A stretch of 62,984 bases of DNA, filler included, from Basidiobolus ranarum (GCA_040143965.1; 40 parts of 40 records of this genome joined end to end with filler, not necessarily neighbours in it); one strand, 5' to 3'. Shown: positions 25,554 to 37,907, numbered from the whole stretch's first letter. Numbers and translations: made by a program. Notes: a model not told the origin generated them from the letters alone.

Positions 25554-26290
25554 ATAACCAGATACTAAGCTATATATGACTACATAGATGTTTAGCAGTG
25601 CTAACTGCAACACTCTCTCTCAACTAAACAGTCATGCAAACTAATCCTAAGGAAGGTCTGAATTTCTAACAAATGTGTCTAGCTACTGGTTTGATTACTA
25701 TATCAGCAATCATGTTATTGGTAGAAGAGTAAGTTAAGTCAATAAACTCATCCTCTATAGTCTTGCTAACAAAATAATATCTAATTTCTAGATATTTTCT
25801 TTAAGCATGAAAAATGGGATATCTAGCAAAATTGCTACCACATTTATTCTCTTGAAATTTCATTGTTGGTGAATTTTTGAGAATATACCAAACCTGTTAA
25901 GAGTCTTTTTAGTCATAAGGCTTCTTCTGCTGCTTCACAAGCAGCCATATATTCTACTGCTGTAGCTGAAAGTCCAATGGCAGCTTATTTCTTTGAATTC
26001 TGATATAAAACTCCATTAGAGCAAAGAACTAGGTATACAGTTGTAGATTGCCTGTTTTCAATATCTCTTCCCCAATTTGCATCCAAATATCCCATCAGAT
26101 CAGAGGTAGATACTGAAAATTTGTATTTAAACACAGATCTACAGTGCCTTTCAAGTATCTAAAAATCCACTAAACTGCTATGATTTCATTTGATCAACAA
26201 CTTGGAAGGTATTAGGATATGACTCCAACAGAATATGCAGTATCTGGCCATGTTCCTGCAATAATACACATTAAACATCTGCCTGTAGAA
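25554..26290 (-). mobile_element. Copia RT/RNase H end, polypurine tract and start of the 3' LTR
   Basis: GYLDANWG...RQSTT, AVEYMAACEAAEEALWL, ADI..KP motifs; PPT AGTTGAGAGAGAG (25613-25625) directly before TGTTG at 25612. Confidence 0.88.
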
Positions 26291-26870
26291 AAATAAAAAA
26301 TTTGTGGCTTTCAATTGAATCCAAGAACATCTGATTTGAGTTGTTTTTAGTCAATTTAAGATTTGTCACCATTTTAAAGGATGGCACAGCAGATATGATG
26401 TCATAATCAAACAATAGAAGAGTTCTATTTGCAGTGGATGAGTATGCCAAGATCAGAATCATGACAGTATCCCCTCCTTTAGTGATGGCTTCCAGACATC
26501 ATAGAGCCAGGTTTTTCTGGCTAGGCTTCATGAAACTCCTTGCAAAGTTCTTTAGAGTTGGAAAGGTTTGTTGCTGGTTCCCATGATTGATTATTTGTTG
26601 AGTATCCCTACCAGTCCACTAAATATTGCAATTTATGTTGATAAATTCTGGAATCTAGAATTTTAATGACTTCATATTCAGAATGTTCTTCTACTTGGAT
26701 TGTGAGGGATGCATCAATAGATTGGCCATAAAAGGTATTTCTGGAATGTGGCTTTAGGAGTGACACATAGNNNNNNNNNNNNNNNNNNNNNNNNNNNNNN
26801 NNNNNNNNNNNNNNTTAATTAATTAANNNNNNNNNNNNNNNNNNNNNNNNNNNNNNNNNNNNNNNNNNNN

Positions 26871-28239
26871 ATAGTGACTTTGGTGACTTTGATAGTCTTC
26901 AAGTATATGCAGTGATCAGCTTTGCTATGATGGAAAAGATATTTTGTGAAGTTCTGATTGATTCTGCTATTCCATGTGAAGGAGCCTGTGTCAGACCATA
27001 TAGACTTCACTGTAGCTTGTATACTTGATGTTCTTTTCCTTTTGCAATATATCCCTCTGATTGATCCATGTATATATCTTCATCAATTTCTCCATTAAGA
27101 AGCACTGTCTTGACATCCATTTGTTCAATCAGCATTCCTTGGTGGGTAGCAATAGCCAAGATTACTTGGATTGAGGTAAACTTAGCAACAGGAGAAAATG
27201 TTTCTTCATAGTCAATGCCATGTTTCTGAGTATACTACCAATCTTGCTTTGTACCAGTTGATAGATCCATCTAGGTTGTGTTTCAGTTTCAGCACCCATC
27301 TATTACCAATAGCTTTTCTTGCAATAGGCAAGTCCACAAGGATCCATGTGTTATTCTTGATTAGGGAGTGAATTTCATTGTCAGTGGCTTTTCTTCATTC
27401 TGTTGCTTCACCAGATTTCAGAGCTTGTGTCAAGTTTTCTGGTTCAGGAAATGCTATGTGTGTAGATATATTCCACCCTGTTTCTTAATTCAATCTGTTG
27501 ATTTCATGCTTTGATTTGAGACATCCAAAGTCCTTGGTAGAATGGTCAGATGTTTCACTTAGAGGATGTTTCTGATTTCCACTTGATAGGATTTCTGAAA
27601 CCTGATTTCCTGAATTTTGTGATTGATAGAATACTTATTATGATTAATTGCATACTTCCAATAATTGATTGCATCCAATATCAGCCAAATTGAGAGTAGG
27701 ATATTTCTTAGGTATATGATTGGTAAGAAAATTATTGCCTTGTTTCTGAGTCAAATATCTTGCTTCCTGATTGGCTGGAAAATATACTTTTTCTGATTAC
27801 CATATTTTTCATTAGCAGAGATAATATGCTGATTTCCAGAAGCTGGTTGCAAATTATCAGTAACCTCAGAGTAATTATCAGGTTTTCTGGTATAAATTGA
27901 TATATTTCTGGTGCTTTCTAATATTTCACCACTCATATAGCTGCTTGATTCCAGAATATCATATAATAGTTTGTTCTCATTGGTTTCAGTACTCATAGTG
28001 AAGTTTGAGACAGGATTATGGCTTGTTGGTTTTCTGCTAAGATTATTCACCACAGGGATTGGTAATGATTTGAGGTTTGACATATATTCATTGATGGCTG
28101 CTGTTTTAGACCTTGTCCCAGATATGATATTTTCTAAATTTGGATAATGTTGATAGATAGTTTCAGATTCCAAATTTGGCCTAATTCCAGTATATATTTC
28201 CAATGTATCATTTTCCAAGTTGGTTTCAGTACTTGTTAG
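26871..28239 (-). mobile_element. Copia RT N-terminus and long integrase-RT linker
   Basis: NNTWILVDLP...AIG.RWVLK, QMDVKTVLLNG, SKADHCIY; LTR C inserted at 28240. Confidence 0.85.
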
Positions 28240-28571
28240 TGTTGAAGTTTATTGTCTTTATCATATATGTTATCCCTATCTTTATACACCTAACTATTTC
28301 ATATATCACATATTAGTTAATCAACATTATTTAGTCAAATATCACTTANNNNNNNNNNNNNNNNNNNNNNNNNNNNNNNNNNNNNNNNNNNNTTAATTAA
28401 TTAANNNNNNNNNNNNNNNNNNNNNNNNNNNNNNNNNNNNNNNNNNNNTCATATTTATTCAAGATTTGACAAAGATCATTTAGCATGTTTATTTACGAAT
28501 TTACACCGTGATTTGGTTGGATGTGACTAGGTTTAACGTATGTTTACAAATATGGTACTTTTGAGTGGTAT

Positions 28572-29531
28572 TTATTCAACCGTAGTAACATACACCATGG
28601 TTGTGGACTCAGCTTGGCTAGGTTTCTCAGTTGGAGTAGTGCTCTGAGTAGCAGTCGCTTCAGGTTGATCACTGGTAGTGGCTGTCTCGACAACAGTAGT
28701 ATCAGCGGGACTACCAGATTGAGAATCGGTAGGTGGAGTTGGGGTTTGTGTACTATTCTTGAGATATGGACAAGCATCCTCAAGATATGTAGCAAGCTTC
28801 CAATCCTTCAGGTCAGCATATTGTGGCTCAAGCTGCTTGATATCTGAATACCAAGTGTCAGCACAAGGAGGGCATAACTGCTCGGGATTTTCTTTCCATT
28901 TTCCAGTAAGGATGATCAGACTCTTGTTAATGTAGAACTGAGTGGCATCGGCAAGGCAATATTTATCATTGGTGCCAGCATTCCCATCACTAGTAGTTTC
29001 GGTACTGTTGTTTGGTAATTTTTCACATGCAAGTTTTCTCCAAGCTCCATAGTCTTTGATTAAAGCGGTAGCACCCTGTACCAAGGATTGTCGTTGGTCT
29101 TTAGAGTTGCAATTACTCTCTAACTGCTTAGAGGCCATGGTTAACGATTCCGATGGACATTCTGGTGCTTGGCATAGCAAGTCCAATCCCTGGGACACAT
29201 AATTGGCAATGTTGACTGGATCGTATACGGTTTGATTCCAGATTGGTAATAGTTGTTGTGCTGGCATGCAAGACTGTGCATTGCCAATGGCAACAATTCC
29301 TTTAATGGTATTCAAACACTTATCACTGATGTTTTCACCCATTTGTCCTATAACACCCTGACCAGGGATGCTGTTGGATGACGTTGGCTCAGTAGATGAT
29401 GAGCTTTGAGTGACAGTTACAACAACTGTCGATTGAGCAGTGGCTGTTGAATCCGATGCCTGAGCCGGAAGGGCTGAAGTGGAGGCAATGACAGTCAAGG
29501 CAGTGGTTAATAGAATGGCAAGAGATTTCAT
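28572..29531 (-). CDS. Secreted Cys-rich protein with Ser/Thr-rich flanks (cell-surface protein-like)
   Basis: Intact ORF; likely start MKSLAILLTTALTVIASTSA at 29531 (the ORF-track start overlaps the TATA box near 29581-29590); about ten spaced Cys in the core. Confidence 0.85.
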   Translation of the reverse strand: MKSLAILLTTALTVIASTSALPAQASDSTATAQSTVVVTVTQSSSSTEPTSSNSIPGQGVIGQMGENISDKCLNTIKGIVAIGNAQSCMPAQQLLPIWNQTVYDPVNIANYVSQGLDLLCQAPECPSESLTMASKQLESNCNSKDQRQSLVQGATALIKDYGAWRKLACEKLPNNSTETTSDGNAGTNDKYCLADATQFYINKSLIILTGKWKENPEQLCPPCADTWYSDIKQLEPQYADLKDWKLATYLEDACPYLKNSTQTPTPPTDSQSGSPADTTVVETATTSDQPEATATQSTTPTEKPSQAESTTMVYVTTVE

Positions 29532-30339
29532 GTTGGAGTAGAGTGTTTGTTGATGGTTGTTACTGATGAAAGGACCGGGCTTTATATATATCACCTAAGC
29601 CGGCCACACTTTATGATACCAATGTTATTAACCTGCTTTAAATGATCATTGCCAAATCAAGACTTAGGATGACCTGTCTCTTCTACCTCCAACATGCCAA
29701 GTATATCTGATCTATTGACATCGGACTATGTTAAGCGTAATCACAAGCGATTTCTTGTTCAAGTCGCTATAACCCAAGAATGTTGTCATCTCAAAGTGGT
29801 TATGGGCCATATAAGGGTTATGCAGTAATTTTGCAGAATTCGGCGAGCATGTTCCGCGCGCGTCCCCCGGAAAAAGTCATAATCGAATTCACGGACCCTA
29901 ATCAGCGCGAAACCAAAAGGCACCGNNNNNNNNNNNNNNNNNNNNNNNNNNNNNNNNNNNNNNNNNNNNTTAATTAATTAANNNNNNNNNNNNNNNNNNN
30001 NNNNNNNNNNNNNNNNNNNNNNNNNCCAAAACTACTAGTGTTTCATAATTAATGAGCCATTGGGCCCAATTGAAATACAGGTTATTGTGTTAGTGAGGGA
30101 CAAATGATTGGCCCAAAAACATGTGAATATCTTGGTTTTACATTTGATTGGGTAAGTTACTGTATAACCTGTTTATTGTTACACATGCAGTAATTGGTAG
30201 GTTACAAACTAGGGGATGTACTTGCTTTGTCAGTTGCCAAAATCTTAATTTGGCAATACTTGATTGGGTTGCTTAGTACAGGCTGGCACAATATCACCAA
30301 AAAAATCATTGTGTCCAATTATAATGGGATAGTGCCATA

Positions 30340-30466
30340 TTGTTCCTTATAGTGTCAGATCAAGTCTGATTGGACCTAGCCATGGTCATTGACAGATTGT
30401 GCCAGATGGTGTGATAGCAAGCTGGATCAGGTGGCATGATCTGACCTGGTCTAACAGAACAAGTCT
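30340..30466. mobile_element. PHIS-type element terminus ending AGAACAAGTCT
   Basis: Matches 6333-6458; flanked by ATT. Confidence 0.7.
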
Positions 30467-30613
30467 ATTACTAACATTGGGCTGAAAATGTCTCTACCAG
30501 TGTGTAAATAAAAAACAGATTCCAAAAAAGATTGCACAAGAGGCTACGGGGTTTAAAGCCCTCTATGAATGAAAACCAAGTGTTGATAAACATGGGATCT
30601 TTAGTTCAATAAC

Positions 30614-31502
30614 AGACTTGTTCTATTTTATTGAGCCAGATCAGGCCAGCTAAAAAGTGTGCCAGCACAAATTGCCATGATTGGTACTATCTGGCGCAAT
30701 GTTATTTACCATTTTGGAAACAGTTTATTTTGCTTATGTGCTGTTTTTAAGAAAAGTACTTTTAGACATTACTGCACATTCAAAAGATGATGAAAGCTTT
30801 TTCTACTTTGATTGAGGCCCACAAAATGATTTTCCACTATACTTTCCTGCTACAATGCTATATCTCTTTAGCAAACCAACGCTATGTTCTACTCATGCTC
30901 TAAAATAGGAAAAAATGACATTATAAAGCTTTTGCCTCTCTATGAGTATCCCTCCTCTGGGCCTCTTGTTAGCAGTGACACATCCTAGCCTTCTGCATTC
31001 TTGCCCAACACATACCAAATCAGCCATAGTCTTCCTATATCTTACAAATGGTGCATGCCTCTCAACCCAAAGCCTTTTGTCATGATGTCTCCCTGGATGC
31101 GGCCCACTAAACCAAATGATATTTCCTTTCAAATGTGTCAAAGCTGGAAACTTTACATAGTGGGCTTTGTACTTGCCAGAAGAGAATAGCTATTGGTTAC
31201 TTTTGGGCCTGTTAATTCTGACTGGAAATGTGTCAAGAATACTCCTGACATGAAGTCCATTAGGAAATACTCCAGGAAATGGAAGGATATTAGAGTTTCT
31301 AAATCTTTTGTCCCAGGCATCTTCAACATCATTCATCACTGAAGCTGGATAATTCTCACTTACTTGAAGCCTGGTATGGAAGCTTCTCCCCCTTTTGCTA
31401 CCATTAATAGTGCACTGAAATCTGATTGGATAATAGTTTTTGTAGTAACAAAACAAATTGACTAGCTGCTTTCTGGTAGGTATTGGAGTATATGAGCCAC
31501 AG
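30614..31502 (-). mobile_element. PIF/Harbinger-superfamily transposase remnant with one terminus (AGACTTGTTC)
   Basis: ILDTFPVRINRP, SGKYK.H..K, G.IIWFSGPHPGRHHD, MADL, KRPRG, YN......RA.VEH.VG are DDE_Tnp_4 motifs; TIR at 30614. Confidence 0.88.
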
Positions 31503-31614
31503 NNNNNNNNNNNNNNNNNNNNNNNNNNNNNNNNNNNNNNNNNNNNTTAATTAATTAANNNNNNNNNNNNNNNNNNNNNNNNNNNNNNNNNNNNNNNNNN
31601 NNCATAGCATACAA

Positions 31615-31687
31615 GGACTGGTAGCTCAGTGGTTAGAGCACCTTGCTAGAGTGAAGGAGGTCCCAGGTTCAAATCCTGGCCAGACCA
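31615..31687 (+). tRNA. tRNA-like gene, anticodon AGA (nominally Ser) but with a class-I short variable loop
   Basis: GGACTGG-TA-GCTC-AGTGGTTA-GAGC-A-CCTTG-CTAGAGT-GAAGG-AGGTC-CCAGG-TTCAAAT-CCTGG-CCAGACC-A; A and B boxes present; one mismatch each in the acceptor and anticodon stems. Confidence 0.75.
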
Positions 31688-31713
31688 ATATTTCTCCCTA
31701 AATAATTTCAATA

Positions 31714-32755
31714 ATGATAGCAGCCTTCCATCAATTACTTCTGCAAGGACTGGACTAAATTTCTTGATTGTTGGGATAGAGTGGGATCTGACAAAGGCAG
31801 AGTCAATAACACAGGAGGAAGCACCTGAAACAAGAAGTGCAGTTGTTTTTATTGACTTGGAACTTGGAAGCAGGAGTGCAATGGGCAGCTTTAATGATTG
31901 GTATGACTGCAGAGATTGTGAAGTATGGTGAAGAAGTATTTTTGAAGATGGTTGGGCCAGCTGCATGCCCATTGGACTTGTTCTCTGTGATAGTGCCAGA
32001 TTGTGCTGTATATATCATATTGGATAAAGTATTCTAAAATTTATGCAGCACAATTTGGCACCATCCATCACCCTCTGGCATGATCAATTTCAATCACATT
32101 TACTCTGATATATTGATACAAGGTCTGATAAATCTTGGCACAATGGAACAAGTCCATTATTGCAGCTGGTTGTTGAAGTTTTCTAATGGTTGGGAAGAGT
32201 TTTCTTCTACTTGCATATTGTTGATCTTAAATCCACAATTCTTTTTTGGACAGGTTCTTGCTACATGTCCAGGAGCTCCACAATAGAGGCATGGATTATC
32301 TTGTTGTTGTCAATATTTCTTCTCAGGGCTAAGCCTTCTGAATCAAGTTCCATCAATTTGCATTGGGTCATCTGCTTGAGCTGTATTTTCTGCTTGATGG
32401 AAGGGATGTCTGAAAGTAGATGAGGAAGAAGAGAAGAGAGGGGCCAAATTTTGTTGCTGTTGTCTTTCAAAAAACCAGTTGTCACATTTAACTGCCTGAT
32501 GGATAGCATCAGTCAAGGTCACTGGGTCAGCCATAGTTAGTAAGAGATCCTTGATATTTTCTTGGAGCCCTTATTGGAATTGATTGATTAGGGAAGATTC
32601 TCTCCAATTAAGATCACAGGCAAGAAGGCAGAATTCTGCTGCATAAATTGATGCAGGCTTTGACCCTTGTTTAAGTGCACAGAGTTTGGTGGCTGGAGTT
32701 CTTTCCTTATCTGGATTTCCAAATGTAGTTTCCAGATGAGACTGAAGTCTGAACA
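31714..32755 (-). mobile_element. Ty3/gypsy gag-protease remnant
   Basis: LKQGSKPASIYAAEF, DDPMQID, zinc-knuckle remnant, ALLVSGASSCVID, EVIDGR. Confidence 0.88.
31974..32155. mobile_element. 182-bp MITE, TIR GGACTTGTTC, TSD ATT
   Basis: GGACTTGTTC...GAACAAGTCC flanked by ATT/ATT. Confidence 0.92.
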
Positions 32756-33079
32756 TGTTGAAGTTTATTGTCTTTATCATATTTGTTATCTCTATCTTTA
32801 TACACCTAACCATTTCATATATCACATATAAGTTACTTAACATTACTTAGTCAAATATCACTTGGCTGAAAATCAGAACATTTTATATATATGTATGTGA
32901 ATAAAGTGAAAACTAGCAATTTCATATTGGAAATTTCAAACTTGTCTAAATTGCCCCAAAAATAGCTCATTTTACTCCCACAGATGTTGTGAGCACAACC
33001 CCAGTGTTAGTTTTCAGTATTTCCAGCAAAATGTATAAATGCTTTATCTCTGGTCAATAAATAATTATCTCACAAAGCT
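32756..33079. repeat. LTR family C inserted in gypsy gag
   Basis: Starts TGTTGAAGTTT; reverse complement of 15819-16083. Confidence 0.8.
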
Positions 33080-33179
33080 NNNNNNNNNNNNNNNNNNNNN
33101 NNNNNNNNNNNNNNNNNNNNNNNTTAATTAATTAANNNNNNNNNNNNNNNNNNNNNNNNNNNNNNNNNNNNNNNNNNNN

Positions 33180-34654
33180 TTACTGGGTTTACTACTGTAG
33201 GAATTCAAATTTTTATGCATGCCTTTATTTAGATAATTTAGGCTTTGTATTCCAGCCATGATGAGAATCAAAAAATACAAGAATCTTGTTGTGTTTAGTC
33301 TCTATATATGCACATACTTGATGAATTAGACATAACTCAACAACATCAATATGCTTTACCAGCAAACCAATGGTGGAAAAATTACTAAACATCTGAAATT
33401 ATGAATAGCACTGTCACTTGTAAGTAGGTGACTTTTGTTACCATTCATAATGAGATTAAGCTCTTGGATTTTGGCAAATTTCCATGAAGAACTCAGCCAT
33501 TGTATCTCTGACTTGCAGTCAACAAATGTCCTGCCACAAGTAGATGTGTCATTGCAGGAATATATTACCTCATTGCTAAAACAAAAATACTACATATCTT
33601 GATCTTTCTCACCAAGAAGTCTCTCTTGCAGCCTTCCTAAATATACCATCCAATTACAACACAAGCAAATTATTCCAATTGTAAATGTACTTACTATGTG
33701 TCCATGGATTGGCCTTTGTTGCTGTTGTTGTGTGCAAACAATGCAAAAACCCATGAGCACATTGGAAAGTGCCCTTTGTTGGCAGGTCGATTTACTCTGG
33801 AGTTTCCTTAACTCATTGCATTACATCCATCACTGATTTTTTTGATACATTGTTAATCATATTAGCATTTGGTTATACTGAAAATTTCACACAGAGCATC
33901 ATTTCACCACAGGTATGCTCCATTGGGAACTCCCAGAATGTATAGCAATGGCCTATAATCTCTAAGCATTGTGAAAGTTGTAGCAGGGAATGCATTGAAT
34001 ACTGGCATAGATTCAATGTATCTTCTTTAAACTTGTAATCAAGTTTTTCATATCCAATTACAAAATCTTTGCATAGTTGCTATATATGCCAGAGATCTGC
34101 CAATGTGAGTTGATGCTGTAGGAATATATTAACAGTATCCACAAACAACTCTCAATGTTGCCAATACTAATCAGGTGGAAGTCTTTTCAAAATTCCACTT
34201 GAAAAAATACAAATGCAATACTTCCAGTCTTTACATTTGAATAAATGCCTAGATGAATAGATATTGATGGGAGTCTGGGTAAAATATGAGAGTATCTTGG
34301 TGTTTTCAAGCATTTTTCCAATTGATTCAAACTTTGATCCTCTCTTGAATGGCTCACTCATATGGAAGTTTCCACTATATAGCCAAGGAAGTAGTATTGG
34401 AATGTTGTTGAATAATAACTGCAGAGTGCCAAATGGGAAGCTCTGGCTCCAGCTGATCCCCTTTAGCAATATAATCTTAGGCTTATGGCTAATACCAAGT
34501 TTGATGTTAGAGTGACCATTTGGTGAATGAATATCAGTGATCATGTTGAAATTGCACCAGGCTCTTGATGGTAAAATCATGAAGTTTAGTATCGTATTTG
34601 GATAGTAGTAATGTGTATGCCTGTTAGAGTAAACTCCATTGATTTGACAAAATC
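33180..34654 (-). mobile_element. CMC/EnSpm transposase 3' half running into R2 subterminal sequence
   Basis: Continuous from the transposase core into sequence matching 60070-60450 and 37908-38010. Confidence 0.85.
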
Positions 34655-34755
34655 TNNNNNNNNNNNNNNNNNNNNNNNNNNNNNNNNNNNNNNNNNNNNT
34701 TAATTAATTAANNNNNNNNNNNNNNNNNNNNNNNNNNNNNNNNNNNNNNNNNNNN

Positions 34756-36136
34756 CACATTTTCTTTTATCAGAATTAGTCATCTAGTATCTTGGTGCTG
34801 ACTAATTCACTTTGCTATCAAAAAGTATAAATAAAGCTAACTGAACCTTTTGTTTAGTGTGTGTCTCAACAAATATAGGATCTCAACACTTCTCAGTGTT
34901 TCTTAACAAATTCAATATTCCCCTCATTTATATCCAAGCCTAGTATCCACTGGCACCTACAGAACACCAAGCCTAGCTGCCTAGCAAACCTGCTCTCTAC
35001 CATAACATAACAACCCACTGCTATTCCCAAGACATATATTAGTTAGATCTGCTCTGCTAATATATCTTGTTTAAACATTTCTAAGATTCTGAACTTACTG
35101 TTTCTTTTGTTTAGTAAAGTTCAAGACTTTTTATCCATTTTTCTCTTTGACACAATATATGCTATGACTAAAGTGAAAGTACTGCATATCTTCTTCAATC
35201 TCACCAAGAAGTCTATCTTGCTGCTTTCCTGAGAATACTAACAATTTATGGCAACAATGTAATAGTTCTACCAGATATATACTTACTAAGTATCCATGGA
35301 TTTGGTTTTATTGCTGTTATTGTGCTCAAACAATGCAAAGCCCATGAGCACACTAATACGAGCCCTGTATGAGATAGCTACTACTATCCAGAGTTTCCTT
35401 TATTTATTTATCTGGCTAAGATGTGCCAATCTTAGTTATTGTTACAGGAATATATTTACAAGATTGGCAAACCACTTTCAAAGTTGCTAGTACTTGTCAT
35501 ATAGGAATCTTTTCAAGACCCCACTTTATTATATACAAATCCAACACTTCAAGTGTTTGCATATAAATAAATCCCAAGATGAGTGGATGTTTATGGGAGA
35601 CCTTGTAAAATATGCTAGTATATTGACATTTTCAAGCATCTGACCAATTGATTCAAATCTGGATCATATCTTGTGTGGTTAATTGAAATTGAACTCTCCA
35701 CTATAGAGCTGAGTCATCAATATTGGAATGTTGTTGCATAGCAAGTTTGTAGTATCTAATGGGAAACTCCAGCTACTGCTAATCCCCTTTAATTACAAAA
35801 TCTCAAGCATATGGCAGATCCAAATTATGATATCAGACTAACTATTCCTTAACAATAATAAAATCAATTTGATCTGGATTGGATCCACCATTCTGGATTG
35901 CAATACCATCAGGGAACCATCTTAATATTGGTGGCTTGCATTCTGCCAGGGATTTTGATGGTGCAATGGTGGCTTCTTGATGATATTTCAAAGGTATTCA
36001 TACATGTTAAAGTATTCATCCTCATATTTAGCATGTGTTATTTAATTTTGAGCAATTTTGCAAAAATACAATTTCTGAATGGCAAATTACTGGGTTTACT
36101 GCTGTAGGAATTCAAATTAATATGCATGCCTTCCTC
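34756..36136. mobile_element. Nested mosaic: LTR D 3' part (34756-35152), CMC transposase remnant (35153-35846), R2 terminus (35847-36136)
   Basis: Each segment matches other copies in the window. Confidence 0.75.
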
Positions 36137-36330
36137 TCGGGCGCCAGTCTTTCGATCTGCCAGAGTTTTTTAAATACTAAACAAACAAACGTCTTATTAT
36201 CTGACTGAACTTCATTTAAACAAATGAAAATNNNNNNNNNNNNNNNNNNNNNNNNNNNNNNNNNNNNNNNNNNNNTTAATTAATTAANNNNNNNNNNNNN
36301 NNNNNNNNNNNNNNNNNNNNNNNNNNNNNN

Positions 36331-37760
36331 NAAACTTTGATCCTATCTTGAATTGCTCATTCATATTGAATTTTCCACTATATAGCTGAGTAAGTAGTAT
36401 TGGAATGTTGTTGAATAGTAAGTGCATAGTGCCTTATGGGAAGCTCTGGCTCCAGCTGATCCCCTTTAGCAATATAATCTTAGGCTTACAGCGAATACCA
36501 AGTTTGATGTTAGACTGACTATTTGGGAATTGTTATCAATGATCATGTTGAAATCTGACCGGGCTCTTGACGGTAAAATCATGAAGTTTAGTGTTGTATT
36601 TGGATAGTAGTAATGCATATGCCTGACAGAGTCAACTCCATTGATTTGACAAAATATACAGTAAGAAAGTGCATTGGGCCCACAAAAACCTCCAGGTTTA
36701 CTGATGGCAGGTGTGTCACCAATGCATTCATTGATATTAGCTTTAGTAAAATATTCACCCATCTGAACCCCATTGGATAACCATTTAAATTTCACAATCA
36801 AAGGCGCCAAGAAGCTATCTCTAAGCCCTGGGGATTTAGGTCCAGATATGATGGATAGTGTCCAATAGTGTGACTCTTACACCATTCAGAAAGAGGAAGA
36901 TTTAAGTTAATTTAATACTCCACCTGCAAGCCTTTCCAACAGTATATTTGTTTAGCAAGAAACCATCCAGAGCCAATGCAAATGCAAGGTCATATGTGTT
37001 CTTAAAGAAACCTTGACTTTTCAGATTCTAGTAGTGATATCCATCAAGTATGTTTGTAATACTATCAGCTTTATGGTGAGTACTTTGGTATTGGATCAAT
37101 GATCTATATTTGGGTGACTTCATCAAAATTTTACGGCAGGAAATCAAAGGTATGTAAGCCATATATGAGTGATATTTACCTGATTCTGTGATTGGCAATT
37201 GTGTGCAAACAGTACATGACTTCAGGATTTTCAGATCACTGGTGAAGGCCAAACAACCATTTGGATATGAAGGCAGTTTAATTACTGAAGGATTATAAGT
37301 CATACAATTGATAAGTGTTTTCCACTTGTGCCAGGATTGCAGCAAGCAACAGTTGCTAAGCAACTGTATTAAAAGTTTAAGGAAACCAATAAACACCTGG
37401 TTGCTAAGATTGGATTGAACTCTCCACTCCTTAATAATCAAAACTGCTTCCTTTACTGTAACTGTTATGAGCAGACTAATGCTTTCCAATAATAAAGAGT
37501 CCATAACAAAACTGTCATCTTTTTCTTCAAGTTCCAATATATCACCATCAGTGCTGGAATAACTGAGGTCAACATCTAGCAGCATGTGCTCAAAGTAGTC
37601 TGGACTTACAGGTTTAAACAGAGTTGCATTTATATCTATGTTATTCTGGTCATATAACTGTGGTAACTCCATGGTAGCTTGTCTTTTGGCAGTGTTACCA
37701 AAACTTTGAGGCAAACTACAGTCAGTGGACTCAATAGGCAAAAATAAAGTCAGTACTCCC
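36331..37760 (-). mobile_element. CMC/EnSpm transposase N-terminal half
   Basis: PNGCLAF...CTVC...YIPL, ILDG, ALALDGF, GDTPA.SK..GF.G.N...C..C. Confidence 0.88.
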
Positions 37761-37907
37761 CCAATTATGTAGTAAATCAATAGTTGAGCAAAGTTCAACT
37801 GAAACACNNNNNNNNNNNNNNNNNNNNNNNNNNNNNNNNNNNNNNNNNNNNTTAATTAATTAANNNNNNNNNNNNNNNNNNNNNNNNNNNNNNNNNNNNN
37901 NNNNNNN

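Noticed and set aside
31641-31657. CTA (amber suppressor) anticodon explaining the in-frame TAG codons
   Set aside because: Centring the loop on CTA destroys the stem and U33; TAG is the normal stop of the deacetylase (23389) and Gly-Arg (20704) genes.
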